A DNA stretch of 53,405 bases, the filler included, from Jimgerdemannia flammicorona (lineage: Eukaryota), in assembly GCA_003990765.1 (NCBI GenBank). It is 3 parts of 3 records of this genome, joined end to end, with 100 filler letters (N's around TTAATTAATTAA, not from the genome) between each part and the next. Parts side by side here need not be neighbours in the genome. Positions count along the whole stretch, not along the records: positions 1 to 17,736 come from RBNJ01002431.1; 2 more parts are not named here. One strand, written 5' to 3'. The first letter of the stretch is position 1; each line of letters starts with the position of its first letter. The notes beneath the pieces were generated by a model. That model was not told the origin of the DNA, searched no databases, and saw only the letters and a list, made by a program, of their open reading frames with translations. Positions 1-12,393 of the stretch are shown here, in pieces. The position numbers and the translations under genes were made by a program.

Positions 1-378
1 CATCTGCAACTCGTAACCCTCATCTCATCCGCAACCCCCCCCCTCTCCATCCGCAACCTCCTCCACCAGAACCGACTCTCACGCCCTCACTTCCGAACTC
101 GCATGATTCCTCCTAACAGGCTACTCACCTCATATATAGACCTCCATTCTTAATGCGAACGCCGTGGAAAAGATCAAAAATTGTGGATGTCAACGAAGAT
201 TATGAGGTGGCACAGGTTCAATCTCGTGTAAAACAGTGTTGTGGATAGGGCCATGGCTGTAGGTGACGTGTTTCCGGATCGCATATATGGCGGGTGTATG
301 ACTGCATGTTGGTAATGGGCGTCGGTAAAGACTATGGGAGCGATGAGAGGTCGAGTTCTGTGAATGGAACAGTATGAT

Positions 379-471
379 GAACGACGGTAGAAAATGGACG
401 ATGGTGTATGACGAACGACGGTAGAAAATGGACGATGATGTATGACGAACGACGGTGGAAAACGAACGATG
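379..471. repeat. 34-bp tandem repeat, about 2.7 copies
   Basis: The unit GAACGACGGTAGAAAATGGACGATG(G/A)TGTATGAC starts at 379, 413 and 447 (partial). It lies in a CpG-intact segment (1 to ~590). Confidence 0.85.
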
Positions 472-593
472 AACGACAGACAACAGTTCTCCAATAAAAC
501 TGCGACAGGATGAGCTTCAGTCTTCTTGTACTGGGTTTCATTTCTTCGATTTGGTGGTTCTGAGTCCCTTCGTTCACTTCTTTTGTTAACTTA

Positions 594-2368
594 TTCTTAA
601 TAGTCTAAATCAATGATACCAGTATCAATATCTAAGTAATGTTTGATACTAAGATCTGATCATAGTACAATTCTGGTATAATGTTCTTTAGGACATTAGA
701 CTGCAATTCCAATAGGTATCAGAGTTTGGTCTTTGGCTGGAATAGTGACTTGTTTGACAGAGTGTAGGTCAAGATCAATGACTCTCTCTAATTGATATTG
801 AGAGATCTAAGCCTTCAGATAAAGCTTCTTAATCTTGAGTTTAGATTAACTGATAGTGAGATTGATAGGTATATCTTTGGATAATATAGTGACTGGTCTT
901 GAGGGTTTGCTGGTCTTTTTAGAACATTTGGTTGTAATGTGTCCTATTTGGTAATAAAAAAAATAAGTGCCAGATTTCTTTAGATAGTCTTTTTCTTCTG
1001 AGGTAAGCTTGGTATTCTTTTTATTTATAGTATTTATATCTATTGGTACTAGGCCAACTGTTCTTAGTTGATTCTTATGACAGTTCTAAAAATAGTTTTT
1101 CTTGTAGTATTCTGGTTCAAAGTAGTTATTAAAGGTGATAATATTAAATCTATTAATAATTCTTATGGTTTCATTGAGAGTCTATAGGTCTTCTAGCTCA
1201 ACCTTGATTTATGTATTTCCTTTCAGGCCTTGGATGTAGCAGTTTATCTTTTTCTTCAGATATCACTAATAGTTTAAGTAAAATTGATAGAAATTATATA
1301 TTATAACTTTATATAAACTTAAGTTATTTAATATTTGCTAGCTTGTCTCTAGCTAGCTTGGTAGTATTAGCAGGCTTGAACTGCTGGTGAAGGGTCTTCT
1401 TAAAAGCTCTTTAATCTTTGATTCTTATGTTTGAATAGATAGAGATAGTCATAATATATTTATACTATTAAATTATAGTATTTTCTTAAAGAAATATAAT
1501 AGCAAATTAGATTTGTATATCTTTTTTCATTCTTGTAAGTTTGAAATATTGGTCCAATTAGAAGGTCTATATATCTGTAGTTAGTTCTCCTCAGTGACCA
1601 TCAAAGATATCTAATTTAAGTAGCTTAAAACTGACTAATATAGTAGTAAAATGTGATACAGCTATAGTTTATATTTTTTGCTATTCTAATTATACTTGAA
1701 GTAGTTAGATTTGATGGATCATAGAGATAATCATATTCTCCAAGCTAACTTATAGTTCTATATTATCTACTTTTTCTATAGCAGGAGGATCTAGATAGTA
1801 GACTAGTTCTCTATAATTTATTTTAGACTTATATGACTAGTTGTGACTGGTTTCTAAATTTGTATGAGGTTTCTTAATAAGGCAAGATATAATGACACTA
1901 TTGCTACTAAGTATAATAGTTCTAGTTTCTTTATGAGGAAGTAGTTAAGTCTGGTAATTCTAGTAGCTTAAAGAGATACTTATAAATTCAAGTGTTCTTG
2001 AAGAAATTCTGAGAGAAAATATTCTGAGCTTTATTTAAGTAGAAAATAAGAATATTTATATAAGATCTAAAAGAAAGATCCAGAAGAATCTTGAAAAAGA
2101 AAAGACAAGCTAAGAAATAGATTCTCAATAAAGATAACTAATAGAATTTTACAATGTTTCAAAAGGTTCTATAACTAGCTAAGATGAGATACTTAGTACT
2201 AAGAAAAGACAAGAATATTCTAATAATAATATCTTAATATCAAAAGAAGATTTCTGGACATTTGGAAGATACTGGAATATAGTAAAATATTTAAGAAAAG
2301 ACAAGAAAAGACTAGAGAAAAGATGCAAAAAAGTACTAAGACTAAAATATAACTGTAAAATTATTACA
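594..2368 (-). mobile_element. Ty3/gypsy family B, copy 1 (5' end, gag with zinc-knuckle relic, dUTPase), decayed and truncated
   Basis: Reverse complement is collinear with 31594-33380. It begins TGTAAT on the minus strand at 2368. Decayed knuckle FFYYQIGHITTKC at ~930-965 and dUTPase relic (LDLHSVKQVTIPAK...GTGIID-like) at ~594-840. It interrupts the GPF region of the family-C integrase. Confidence 0.8.
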
Positions 2369-3273
2369 ATACTTCTTCAAGATCTTGAATAGTCCAATAT
2401 AGTAGGGTCTGAGTTTCTTCTTTAGTCTTGGGTTATTTAGGGTCAGATATTGTATACTACATATATAATATATATTTATCTTTTTTATATATGACTTCTC
2501 TTCTATTTTTATTAGTATATACTACTTGTATTCTTTGTACTTCTATGAGAGTATTACATACTTACTGGATAGTTCTTATATAATATCAGCAACTTTTTAT
2601 ATTACTGATACTATTGCTTATATGATAATTATAGAGATTTGGAGATATTATTCATAGTTTAAATAGAATGGGGTCATTTTTATACTTATACTTATATTAT
2701 TATTATATGTAAATTCAATTAGAGTTAGTTTTTTGTCTCAATCATTCTGCTTATAGTAATAGTACATAGTAAGAATCTGCTTTAAAGTTCAATTGATTCA
2801 TTCTATTTGACTATCTATCTATAGATAATAGATAGTAGATATCTTAAGTTGTACTTCTAGTCTTTTGAAGAGTACTTACCAGAAGTTACTTATAAATTTT
2901 ACATCTCTATCAGAGATAATTATTAATAGTAATTCATAAAGGTAGAATATATTATCAACAAATAATTATACTATTTCTGAAGCTGTTGCAGTAGTAGTTG
3001 TTATAACAAAATAAGTCTATTTATTAAAATAATTGATAAAGACAATAATTGTATCTCTTTTTTTCTTTATTTTTAGTAGTTAGATAATAAAGTCTATTCT
3101 AATATAGTCTCAATTTTAGGTAAGAATTAGTAGTAGCTACTTGAACATAGTTGTTAAACTTGTATCTTTAGTAAATATTATAAGATATAATATAGTTCTT
3201 GATATCAGTTATTATTTTAGACTAGTAGAAATCTCAGATAATATATTAGTATATCTTGTCAAATCCTATATAA
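2369..3273 (-). mobile_element. Integrase of Ty3/gypsy family C (decayed; core and GPY/F region)
   Basis: Minus-strand translation gives GFDKIY (second half of the HHCC region) at ~3245-3265 and KKKLRPYYIGLFKILKK (GPF motif) at ~2372-2425. It has many stops. Confidence 0.8.
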
Positions 3274-4853
3274 TGTTATATAATAGTCACTGAGTCCTTC
3301 AAATATATCAGATTCTCTTCAAGGTGTATCTCTTAGACTAACTCAAGTTTGTTATAAGCAAGTTCTTATTAGAGTGCCTTTCTAGGTCTTATAGTCTTCA
3401 AACTTCTTATCTTTAAACTGTCTTGTTATCTCTTAGATTACTTGTAAGGAATTATGTGTAAGTGAATCAGAACTGACTTTATTTTAGAGGAAATAAGAGA
3501 GCTATTTATACAAAATATAATTCAATAGTTGCTAAGATATAAAGCTAAATATAAATTCCAATAACTAAAATAAAATACCAGAACAGGGAAAACTGCTAAG
3601 TTCCAGTGTTGGTACTGATGATTGTATAGGTTCAGAATGCTGATATAATTTTGGTAATATAGGAAAATGGTGCTGGAATAATTCAGTGTCACATCAGAAT
3701 GCTGGTGGTAGAATAGCTGTTATATAGGAAAAGAGTACTGGTATAATTCAGTATAACCAAGAGACTTAGAGCAGAATGTTCAAGACTATAGAGGCTTTAT
3801 CCTCATCAGAGGTCAGGATGTCTTCAAAGAAGATGAGGTCTATGAATGTTTTGTCCATCTTATTGTCATCATCATTACATAGGTCATGTGTTTTGTATAT
3901 GTCATACAGGATTATATCATCACCAATAACATCATCATGTTCAGTAGCAAAATTGGAAACAAGGAGGTCTGGAGCTCTCCAGTCTATAAGGTTCTCTTCT
4001 ACAAAATAGGGGACAAATGTGGGGTCTTGGAGAGGTCTAACCTGAATACTTGTGTCTTGGAATATTGAGATCAATCCTTGTAGAAATTGGTCTAAGTTGT
4101 CCTGGAGGATGGGATGCCAGAAGTCTTCTACTTTATCACTATTGAGGGTGATAGTGGACTGGGCTTCTGTAGCCACCCTGGCTTCTAGTGCATCAATACA
4201 GTGGGCTAATAGATCTCCGAAATCTGAGACTCTAATATACTCTAAGTTGGGGATTGACCATGGTACATGCCTGAAGATCTGGTGAATCTTTTTAGTTATC
4301 CTTATCTCATATATATCCATGGGAGTAATATCTTGTAACTCTTGAGGGCTGGCCTGTGGGAACTTCTGATAGAGGAGGTTTCTTATTTTATACTCCTGCC
4401 ATATTTGGAGGTATTTGGTAGCAATAGTGATCCTTGTTTCCATTTTATAGCAGTAGAGGATATAATGATAAGGGTCACTAGTACCCAGGTTGACACTAAG
4501 AGTCCTTCTTGAGTAGGTCCTTATGGCTCTCTGATGTCTTAGAACATCCTTTCTTTAACTAAGATACCTTGGTGATTTCTTGACCTTGAGGTTTGGTAGA
4601 TAGCAGGCATTTTGTTTGTGGTAAGTCTTTGAGCTATTTTGGAATTGGTGGGTCTTGTTGAGTTGCTACTACTATGGTTTCTTAATCCTTCTTTTATATT
4701 CCTCAAGATACTTATACTGTGGTCACAATGACTCACAGTTGGTCATCATTGCTCATCTCATATACCATATGATCTTCTTGTGCTCTGATCTGGTAACTTG
4801 TAAGGAAAGGCTGTCTCTTGTGCTAATGTCATCATTTTGGGATTACTGTTACA
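3274..4853 (-). repeat. 3' LTR of family A element (1580 bp)
   Basis: Direct repeat of 10558-12139. The minus strand starts TGTAACAG and ends TATAACA. It is preceded on the minus strand by the purine tract AGAAGAAAAA (4854-4863). Confidence 0.93.
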
Positions 4854-5162
4854 TTTTTCTTCTAAATAAGAATCTTCTTGAGTATCCTTATTCATTGGTC
4901 TAGTCCTGAAAAAAATTGCTAATCCCATAACCTCTGGCAAGGGGTCGAAAAGTGATGTTTATGGGCTGGATCTTCTCTATGTATTTTGATATAATGGTGA
5001 AGAGTTGCTTCCTTTATATAGAGCAAGGGCCTGATTCTGATCTTGATCAATCAGTTGATGGTTTGAACTTCTCTGGCTTTAAAAGTCTTATAGATGAGTA
5101 GTTACTAGTGCTATATCTCTTAGAGAATAGTCCAGACAGATAGCCTACTAGTTATGGGACAT
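3766..5162 (-). pseudogene. Family A third ORF (about 465 codons, unknown function), from just after pol into the 3' LTR
   Basis: ATG at 5162 (caacATGtcc) lies 4 nt after the last pol-frame stop. It is in the same frame as ORFs 4758..4940 and 4539..4736. A 1-nt deletion near 4530 relative to the other LTR copies shifts into ORF 3766..4443. Internal stops are TAA/TAG/TGA, each one transition away from CAA/CAG/CGA/TGG. Confidence 0.7.
4854..4863 (-). promoter_or_regulatory. Polypurine tract of family A
   Basis: AGAAGAAAAA immediately precedes the TG of the 3' LTR on the minus strand. Confidence 0.65.
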
Positions 5163-7932
5163 GTTGTTATGATTTGCAGACTAGAACCTCATGGACAGTC
5201 ATCACATTTTGCTTCTCTTATATAGATTCATAGTACTTCTTGAGTCTGTTTCTATGTACCATAGTAGGCAGTATAGTCTCTGAGATTTTTCTAAGCCAAA
5301 AAGTAGTTCTCTTGATATCTTATATATAGAAGAGTTCTCCTCATTTGGGCTCCAGTTTTCACAACCATGAGGCTTCTACCATATTTTGATACAGTAGGAC
5401 CTTTTCTCCAATTTGGATGGGTTCTAGGGTCTTGTGATTCTTTTTCACATTCTTCCTTATCAGCACTTGTGACTTGATGATATAATTATCAGCCTTCTTT
5501 CTAATTTGGTGTAGCCTCTGGATTTCTGCATCAATCCATCTCCAAGTTAGGTCTAGATTTGTGGCTGAGGTTCCATCAGAATCTTCTTCTCTGAAGAGCA
5601 ATTCTCTTAGGGTAAAGTGTATACTCTGTGACTATATATCTAGTAGGACAGAGAGGGCAGTTGGGAGGTAGTTATCCCAATTCTCATATATCTCTAAGAT
5701 CTTCACCAGGATGTTCTTGAGGGTCTTGTTGGTTCTATCTGTCTGTCCATTTCCTTGAGGGTAGTATATGGTGGTCTTGATATACTGGATCTTGTATTTC
5801 TAATACATTATCTCATGAAATCTATTGACAAATTCTGTACTATAGTCTATAGTGATTTGCTTTGATGTCTTGTAGTGGCAGATGATTTCTCAGTATAGGA
5901 AGTCAGCTATAGAGAGGGCATTGACTTCTTGTAATGCTCCTGCTTCTATCTATTTGGTAAAGAGGTCTACAATAACTATAATATAGTAGTTTCCTGATAG
6001 TATTACTGGTAGTGGTCCAATGATATTCATTGCGATATAGTGGAAGGAGATAGGCTCAATTCTTGATGATCTAGGTGCCTGGTCTTACTGATCTTATTTC
6101 TATTTTTGGCACTTGTCACACCCTTTGACAAATTGGTATAGGTCTTCTTCCATTTTGGGCCACTATATAATTCTTCTTACCTTGTCATATGTATTGATTT
6201 CTTCTAGGTATCCTTACTTGTATACTTCTTTCATTACTTAATACTTCTTATATTTGGGTATTACTAGCTTTCCTCCTTTTCTAAGTGTAGTATTGCCTAG
6301 TTCAAACTGTTTCCAAGTCTGATTGATGATAGTGATTGTCCAGAGTTTGAGGTATATAGTTGGGCATCTTCTGCTACCTAAGGTAGCTGATTAATCCATA
6401 GTATAACTTCTTATTCATATTGAATAGTCTTGATGGAGGTGTTTTGAGATGTCCTTGAGAGTATATCAGCATTGGTGTTGGTTCTTTCTGAGTAGTGCTT
6501 AATAGTACAGTCATACTCTTATAGCCTGTAGATCCATCTGGTATATATTTCTTTAGGGTTCAGAGTGTAGAACAGCCAGGCAAGAGTAGAATGGTCTGTT
6601 TGAATAGTGAAGTGTTTTTTCAGCTAGATAGTAGTAGAACTTGTCTACTGTCCAAACTACTGCTAAGCATTCAAGCTTGCATGACTCGTAGTTCTGTTCT
6701 ACTCCATGGATACCTTGGCTTGCATAAGAGATGATATATTCATATCCATCTTTCTTTTGAGCTAGGACTGCTCTAAGTCCTATAGTACTTGCATCTGTCT
6801 GCAGGATGAACTCTAGGTTCCAATCTGGTCTTCTGAGGATAGGTGCCTGAGTCAACCTAGTCTTGAGTTCATTGAAGGTTTCTTGGTATTCTTTGGTCCA
6901 TTCAAATTTGATCTCCTTCTTGAGTAGCTCATAGATAGGTGCTGTAATGTTAGAGTATCCTTTGATGAATCTTCTGTAGTAGCTGGCCAGTTCAAGGAAG
7001 GCATGGACTTCTGTGGTTGTTCTGGATCTTGGATAGGCTGCAATAGCCTTGATCTTCATAGGGTCTGTATGGATTCCAGTCTGGTTGATGAGGTGTCCTA
7101 GGTAGGCGATTTCCTGAGCTGCAAACTTGCATTTCTTAGGCTTGATGTAGAGGCCATATTCCTTGAGCTTCTTGAGGGCTAGCTGTATATAGTTGATATG
7201 TTCCTATATAGTGTTGCTGAAGATGATTACATTATCAACATAGACAAAGAGCCATTTTCCAATCTCGTTGCTGAAGACTCTGTTCATTATTTGCTGAAAA
7301 CTTACTGAGACATTGCACATTCCAAATGGCATTTGCAGATAGATATAGGTGGCATCAGGTGTGATGAAGGCTGATTTCTCACTGGCATCTTGAGTGAGAC
7401 CAATCTGATGGAAGCCTAAGAATAGATCTAAGGTAGTGTAGTATTTGGCTTTGCTTCTAAGGGTGGTAAGGATTTCTTGAATATTTGGCAAGGGCTGCCT
7501 ATCCTTCTTAGTGATTGCATTGAGCTTTCTGTAGTCAATGCAGAGTCTTGGTACAAACTCTCCAGACTTGCTTCCTTTCTTTGAGGCAAGGACAATGGAT
7601 GAAGCCCAGGGACTGATAGCTTGCTTGATGATTCTAGCTTCTTCCATTTCCTTAAGTTCTGCTCACAGTCATTCTCTGTAGGCAGGTGATATGGGTCTAG
7701 CTTTCTGGTAGATGGACTTGGTATCACTAGTGTCAACTTCATAATAGTACTTGGGTTTTTAATTGTAGATATCTCCAAAGTCTGTAGTAAGTACTTCTTC
7801 ATTCTGGTACAGGATCTTGAGAAGTTGTTCTTCTAGGAGAAAGTTTTCTCCAATGGTATATGTGTGCTTATTCTGGTCCTTGTCTTTCTTGTGCTCAAGT
7901 TCAGTAATCTTGATGGCAGTATAGGCTCCTCT

Positions 7933-8343
7933 TCCAGTAGATCTAAAGCCTTGTTCTCCTCTCTTGGTCTTGATGAGTTTGATGGCTTTCATGATCTTGG
8001 GCTTCTTGATTTCATAGATCAGCATCTGGCCAATCCTGTCATACTTCTTGACTTTAAATGAGGTGGTGGGGTTGTGATTCCTGACTATGAGGAAGATCTT
8101 GCCAGTGTAATCAGGGTCAATTACTCCTCCTTCAACTAAGATTTTGCTTTTGGCCAGACTACTCCTGGTCTTGATAATTCTGGCATAGTTCTCTGGCAGC
8201 TTGACTCCAATTCTGGTGCCGAGTGGGGTGGTGGTCTGTGGTTCGAGGATAGCATCTTGAATGCTGGTAAGATCTATTCCTATGGTTCCTTCAGTCTTGT
8301 ATTCTGAGATCTTGGCTTTGGGGTAAAACTTCTTGACCTTGAG
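7933..8343 (-). pseudogene. Trimeric dUTPase domain in family A pol, between protease and RT
   Basis: Translation LKVKKFYPKAKI..GIDL..KTRSSL..GGVIDPDYTGKI..DRIGQM..RGEQGFRSTG contains all five dUTPase motifs. Confidence 0.92.
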
Positions 8344-10539
8344 GGTAATGTCTGATTCTTGTTCCTCCTCATCATCACTGTCAGCTTGAAGCTCAGAGGG
8401 CTGGTCATCTTCTTCAGCTTTCCTTTTTGCTTCAGCAGCTTCTTGCTCATACTTCTGTTGGCAGATTTTCCTGACTTCACTGATACAGGATCAGCAGTCA
8501 TTCAGGTGTTTAGAGCAGTACATCCTAGTACCATGGGGATATCATCCTTGAGGGGCATAGCTATCAATGATCTTGTTATACCACTACTCATCTATGAGCT
8601 TGGGTGTCTTGTTCTTGTTCTTGTTCACTAAGTGCATGAAGACTTCTGTGTCCTCTTCATCTTCTTCCTCTATGTCTGGTAGAACTCCTTTGTGGATATT
8701 GATAGAGACTCATACCTTTCTTCCTTTATAGTTGATCTGCATTTTCTAGGCATTGAGGTCAATGATGGCCTTGGCCTTGTAATGCCATTGGTTGCTAATG
8801 AGGATATTATAGTTAGTGGCACTTGTAACAATCACATCTACTGGAATGGTAGCTCCTCCTATCTTGATAGGGGTTTCTCAGATTTTGCTAAGGAGGATAG
8901 CTTGTATATCATCTGCTGTAATATAGACTATCTTGGTGGACTCTTCAATGTCCCAACCTAGACAGTCAATTGCCTTCTTGCTCATAAGGCATTCTCCAGC
9001 ACCAGTATCCAATAATGGTATCAAAGATATAATCTTCAATCTGACATAGAGTATAGGCTGATGTCTTGTGCTGGTCTTCAGATTCTTCACCTGAGTTTTC
9101 AGATTCTTCCTATGCATTGTGAGCTTCTATAATCTTGTACTCTTGATTCTTAGCATTAGTTACAAGTCCTACTCTCAACTACTGTCTGAAGGCAGGAACT
9201 TTGGCTAGTTGTCCAAAAGTAGCATTGATCTTCTGTTCCTTAAGATCTTTGTAGATATTATACTAATGGATCTTAGTCTTATACAGCTTCTATTTCTTCT
9301 TACTTTCACTTTCTCCTGAGACTGGAGTAGTGCCTTCAATGATTTGATGGGCAGCTTTATCTAACTCCATGTCTTGATCAATCTCCTTAAATTGGATCTT
9401 ACTTTGAATAGTGACAGTTGGGGTCTTCTTTGGTCTTCTAACTGGCTTGCTGTTACTCTTCTTGTCATAGAGCTTGGACTGGGTTCTGATACCTTCAGTA
9501 GCAGGGTAGAATTCAAGCTCCTTATAGTATTCTTCATCATCAGTGTCACCAATCTCCTTGATGACTACTGTATTGGTTTGTTCTCTAGTTCTGCTAGCAT
9601 TACTTGGTTGGACTTTGTATCTTATTTCAGTCATACAATTTTTTATATAGTGGCCTTCTTCTTTATATCTAAAGTATGTAATATTGTATTCTTCTATAAT
9701 AGCTGAAAATCTCTATACTGGTCTCCTGTTGGTGCTTCAGACTTCTCTAACAACATCACCAAGGTGCACAGTCATCTTAGCAAACTGCTTGGCAAGTTCT
9801 TCCACTGGGTCAGCTTTGGTTGCCTTGGGGGTAGGTGGGGATGATTGTCTGTTTATAACTGTAGCAGATATGATACTGGTTGGCTTTGATAGCTCTATCT
9901 TAATGCCAGTTATTTTCTCTATTGAGTATTTGGTAAGGTGTCTGGTAGTCTGATATCTCTGTGCAAAGACCACTTTCTAATTAAGAATCAGTGCAGCTGG
10001 GGTAGATCAGATTGCTAGAGCAATTTCAGAGTAAATTTCTTTGAGGAAGATTGAATCTACTATTTGTTCCTTGAGGGCATTATCATAGCCAGCCAAGACA
10101 ATCTGGTGGCAGATTTGGGTATAGAATGAGTTGGAATCTTCACTGAGTCTCTGGCAGATAGTATTAAGTTGATCCTTGAGAGCTTGCTTGATTTCTTTGG
10201 TATAGTATGTTGTTCTGAGAAAGGCCTTCATATTGGCAAGTTTGGCTACACCATTATTAGCAATAGTGGTTGTATTAAACTTGTCTCTGGCAGGCTCTCT
10301 AAGGCTGACTAGTAGAAGGGCCAATTGTGCATTCACACCAAGAACTCATATGGTAGTAAATTGTTCAAAGTCTTCAATAAAGGTCAGGATTGACTCTTCA
10401 GTAGTATATCCATAGAATATGGAGAGATATATTTCCATCTTATCTTGAATTCTTGCAGGGGTGACTCTTATAGTCAGATAGTTGTTATGGTAGTTGTTCA
10501 TTTTTCAGCTTGAAAGTGAGGAATTCATCTTGAATCACC

Positions 10540-10554
10540 AGCCAATAGGCACCA
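10540..10554 (-). promoter_or_regulatory. Primer-binding site of family A
   Basis: TGGTGCCTATTGG lies 3 nt after the 5' LTR end. The homologous copy reads TGGTGCCCATTG at 43342. The primer tRNA cannot be assigned confidently because of transition decay. Confidence 0.7.
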
Positions 10555-10557
10555 AGT

Positions 10558-12139
10558 TATCATATAGTAGTTGTTGAGTCCTTCAAATATATCAGATTCT
10601 CTTCAAGATATATCTCTTAGACTAACTCAAGTTTGTTATAAGTAAGTTCTTATTGAAGTACCTTCCCAAGGTCTTATAGTCCTCAAACTTCTTATCTTTA
10701 AACTGTCTTGTTATTTCTTAGATTGCTTATAAGAGATTGTATATAAGTAAACTAGAACTGACTTTATTTCAGAAAAAATAAGAGGGGTATTTATACAAAA
10801 TATAATTCAATAGTTGCTAAGATATAAAGCTAAATATAAATTCTAATAACTAAAATAAAATTCCAGGACAGAAAAAACTGCTAAGTTCCAGTATCAGTAC
10901 TAATGGTTACACAGATTCAGAATACTGATATAATTTCAGTAATACAGGAAAATAGTGCTGGAATAATTTAGTATCACATCAGAATGCTAGTAGTAGAACA
11001 GCTGTTATATAGGAAAAGAGTACTGATATAATTCAATGTAACCAAAGAACTTAGAGTAGAATATTCAAAACCATAAGGACTTCATCCTCATCAGAGGTCA
11101 GGATGTCTTCAAAAGAGATGAGGTCCATGAATGTTTTGTCTGTCTCATTGTTGTTATTATCATATAAGTCGCACATTTTACATATATTGCATGAGATGAC
11201 ATCATTGCCAATATTGTCATCACATTTAGCAGTGAAATCAGGAACAAGGAGGTCTGGAGCTCTTCAGTCTATGAGGTTCTCTTCCATAAAATAGGGGACA
11301 AATGTGGGGTCTTGGGGAGGTCTAACCTGGATACTTGGACCTTGGAATACTGAGATCAATTCTTGTAGAAATTGGTCTAGGTTGTCCTGGAGGATGGGAT
11401 GCCAGAAGTCTTCTACTTTATTACTATTGAGGGTAATAGTGGACTGGGCTTCTGTAGCCACTCTGGCTTCTAGTGCATTGATACAGTGGGCTGACAGATC
11501 TCTGAAATCTAAGACTCTAATATACTTCAAGTTGAGAATTGACTATGGTGCATGCCTGAAGATCTGGTGAATCTTTTTAGCTGTCCTTATCTCATATATA
11601 TCCATAGAAGTGGCATCTTGTAACTCTTGAGGACTGGCCTGTGGGAACTCCTGGCAGAGGAGGTTTCTTATTTCATACTCCTATCATATTTAGAGATATT
11701 CGGTAGCAATGGTGATCCTTATTTCCATTTCATAGCAGTAGAGAATATAATGATAAGGGTCACTAGTACCCAGGTTGACACTAGGAGTCCTTCTTGAGCA
11801 GGTCCTCATGGCTCTTCTGATGTCTTGGAACATCCTTTCTTCAACTGAGATACCTTGGTGGTTCCTTAACCTTGAGGTTTGGTGAGCAGTAGGCATTCCA
11901 TTTATGGTAAGTCTTTGAGCTATTTTGGAATTGGTTGGTTTTGTTGAGTTACTGCTACTGTGGTTCCTTGATCCTTCTTTTATATTTCTCAAGATACCCA
12001 TACTGTGGTCACAATGACTCATAGTTGGTCATCATTGCTCATCTCATATACTATATGATCTTCTTATACTCTGATCTGGTGGCTTGTAAGGAAAGGCTGT
12101 CTCTTGTACTGATGTCATCATTCTTAGGTCACTATTACA
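10558..12139 (-). repeat. 5' LTR of family A element (1582 bp)
   Basis: Direct repeat of 3274-4853. Starts TGTAATAG. The terminal CA has decayed to TA. Followed by the PBS. Confidence 0.93.
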
Positions 12140-12277
12140 ATAACTAGCTATTAATATATCATATAATTCTTATAGAATTTACAAGTGAATAAAAGTGTTA
12201 AAAATCTAAATTCTTATATTATCAAGATATATATCTATTTTGAACAGAAATATTCTTATATATACCTTCTTCTAGTA

Positions 12278-12393
12278 CTCTCAATAAATCAAATCAAAGG
12301 TCTAATTCAATTTAAGATTTGATTCAAACTCTCAATTTAATTTAAATTGAAAAAACTCTAATTTGATTTGAATTGATTTGATTTACTTAGGAG
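12278..12393. mobile_element. Small MITE-like insertion (116 bp) flanked by TA
   Basis: Perfect 13-bp inverted repeat TAAATCAAATCAA (12285-12297) / TTGATTTGATTTA (12373-12385), extending imperfectly to CTC...GAG termini with TA on both sides. Confidence 0.6.

Larger units (their letters stand above)
3274..12139 (-). mobile_element. Full-length Ty3/gypsy LTR retrotransposon family A (gag-PR-dUTPase-RT-RH-IN-ORF3), decayed
   Basis: Two 1.58-kb LTRs with TG..CA termini, an ATAA target-site duplication (3270-3273 and 12140-12143), PBS and PPT. Protease LLDTGAG ~9010, RT (SPWASSIVL, LCIDYRKLN, MPFG, YVDN) 7204-7650, RNase H (LQTDAS, KLECLAVVW) 6553-6830, integrase (CDKC, GPLP, YPQGNGQ, VHRNRLKKY) 5167-6250. 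Confidence 0.95.

Noticed and set aside
379..471. 34-bp repeats as a CRISPR array
   Set aside because: The units are directly adjacent with no unique spacers, there are no cas genes, and the context is eukaryotic.
3766..4443. LTR ORF as a retroviral env gene or captured host gene
   Set aside because: No signal peptide, furin site or transmembrane anchor is visible, and no host family is recognisable. It is kept only as an unknown accessory ORF.
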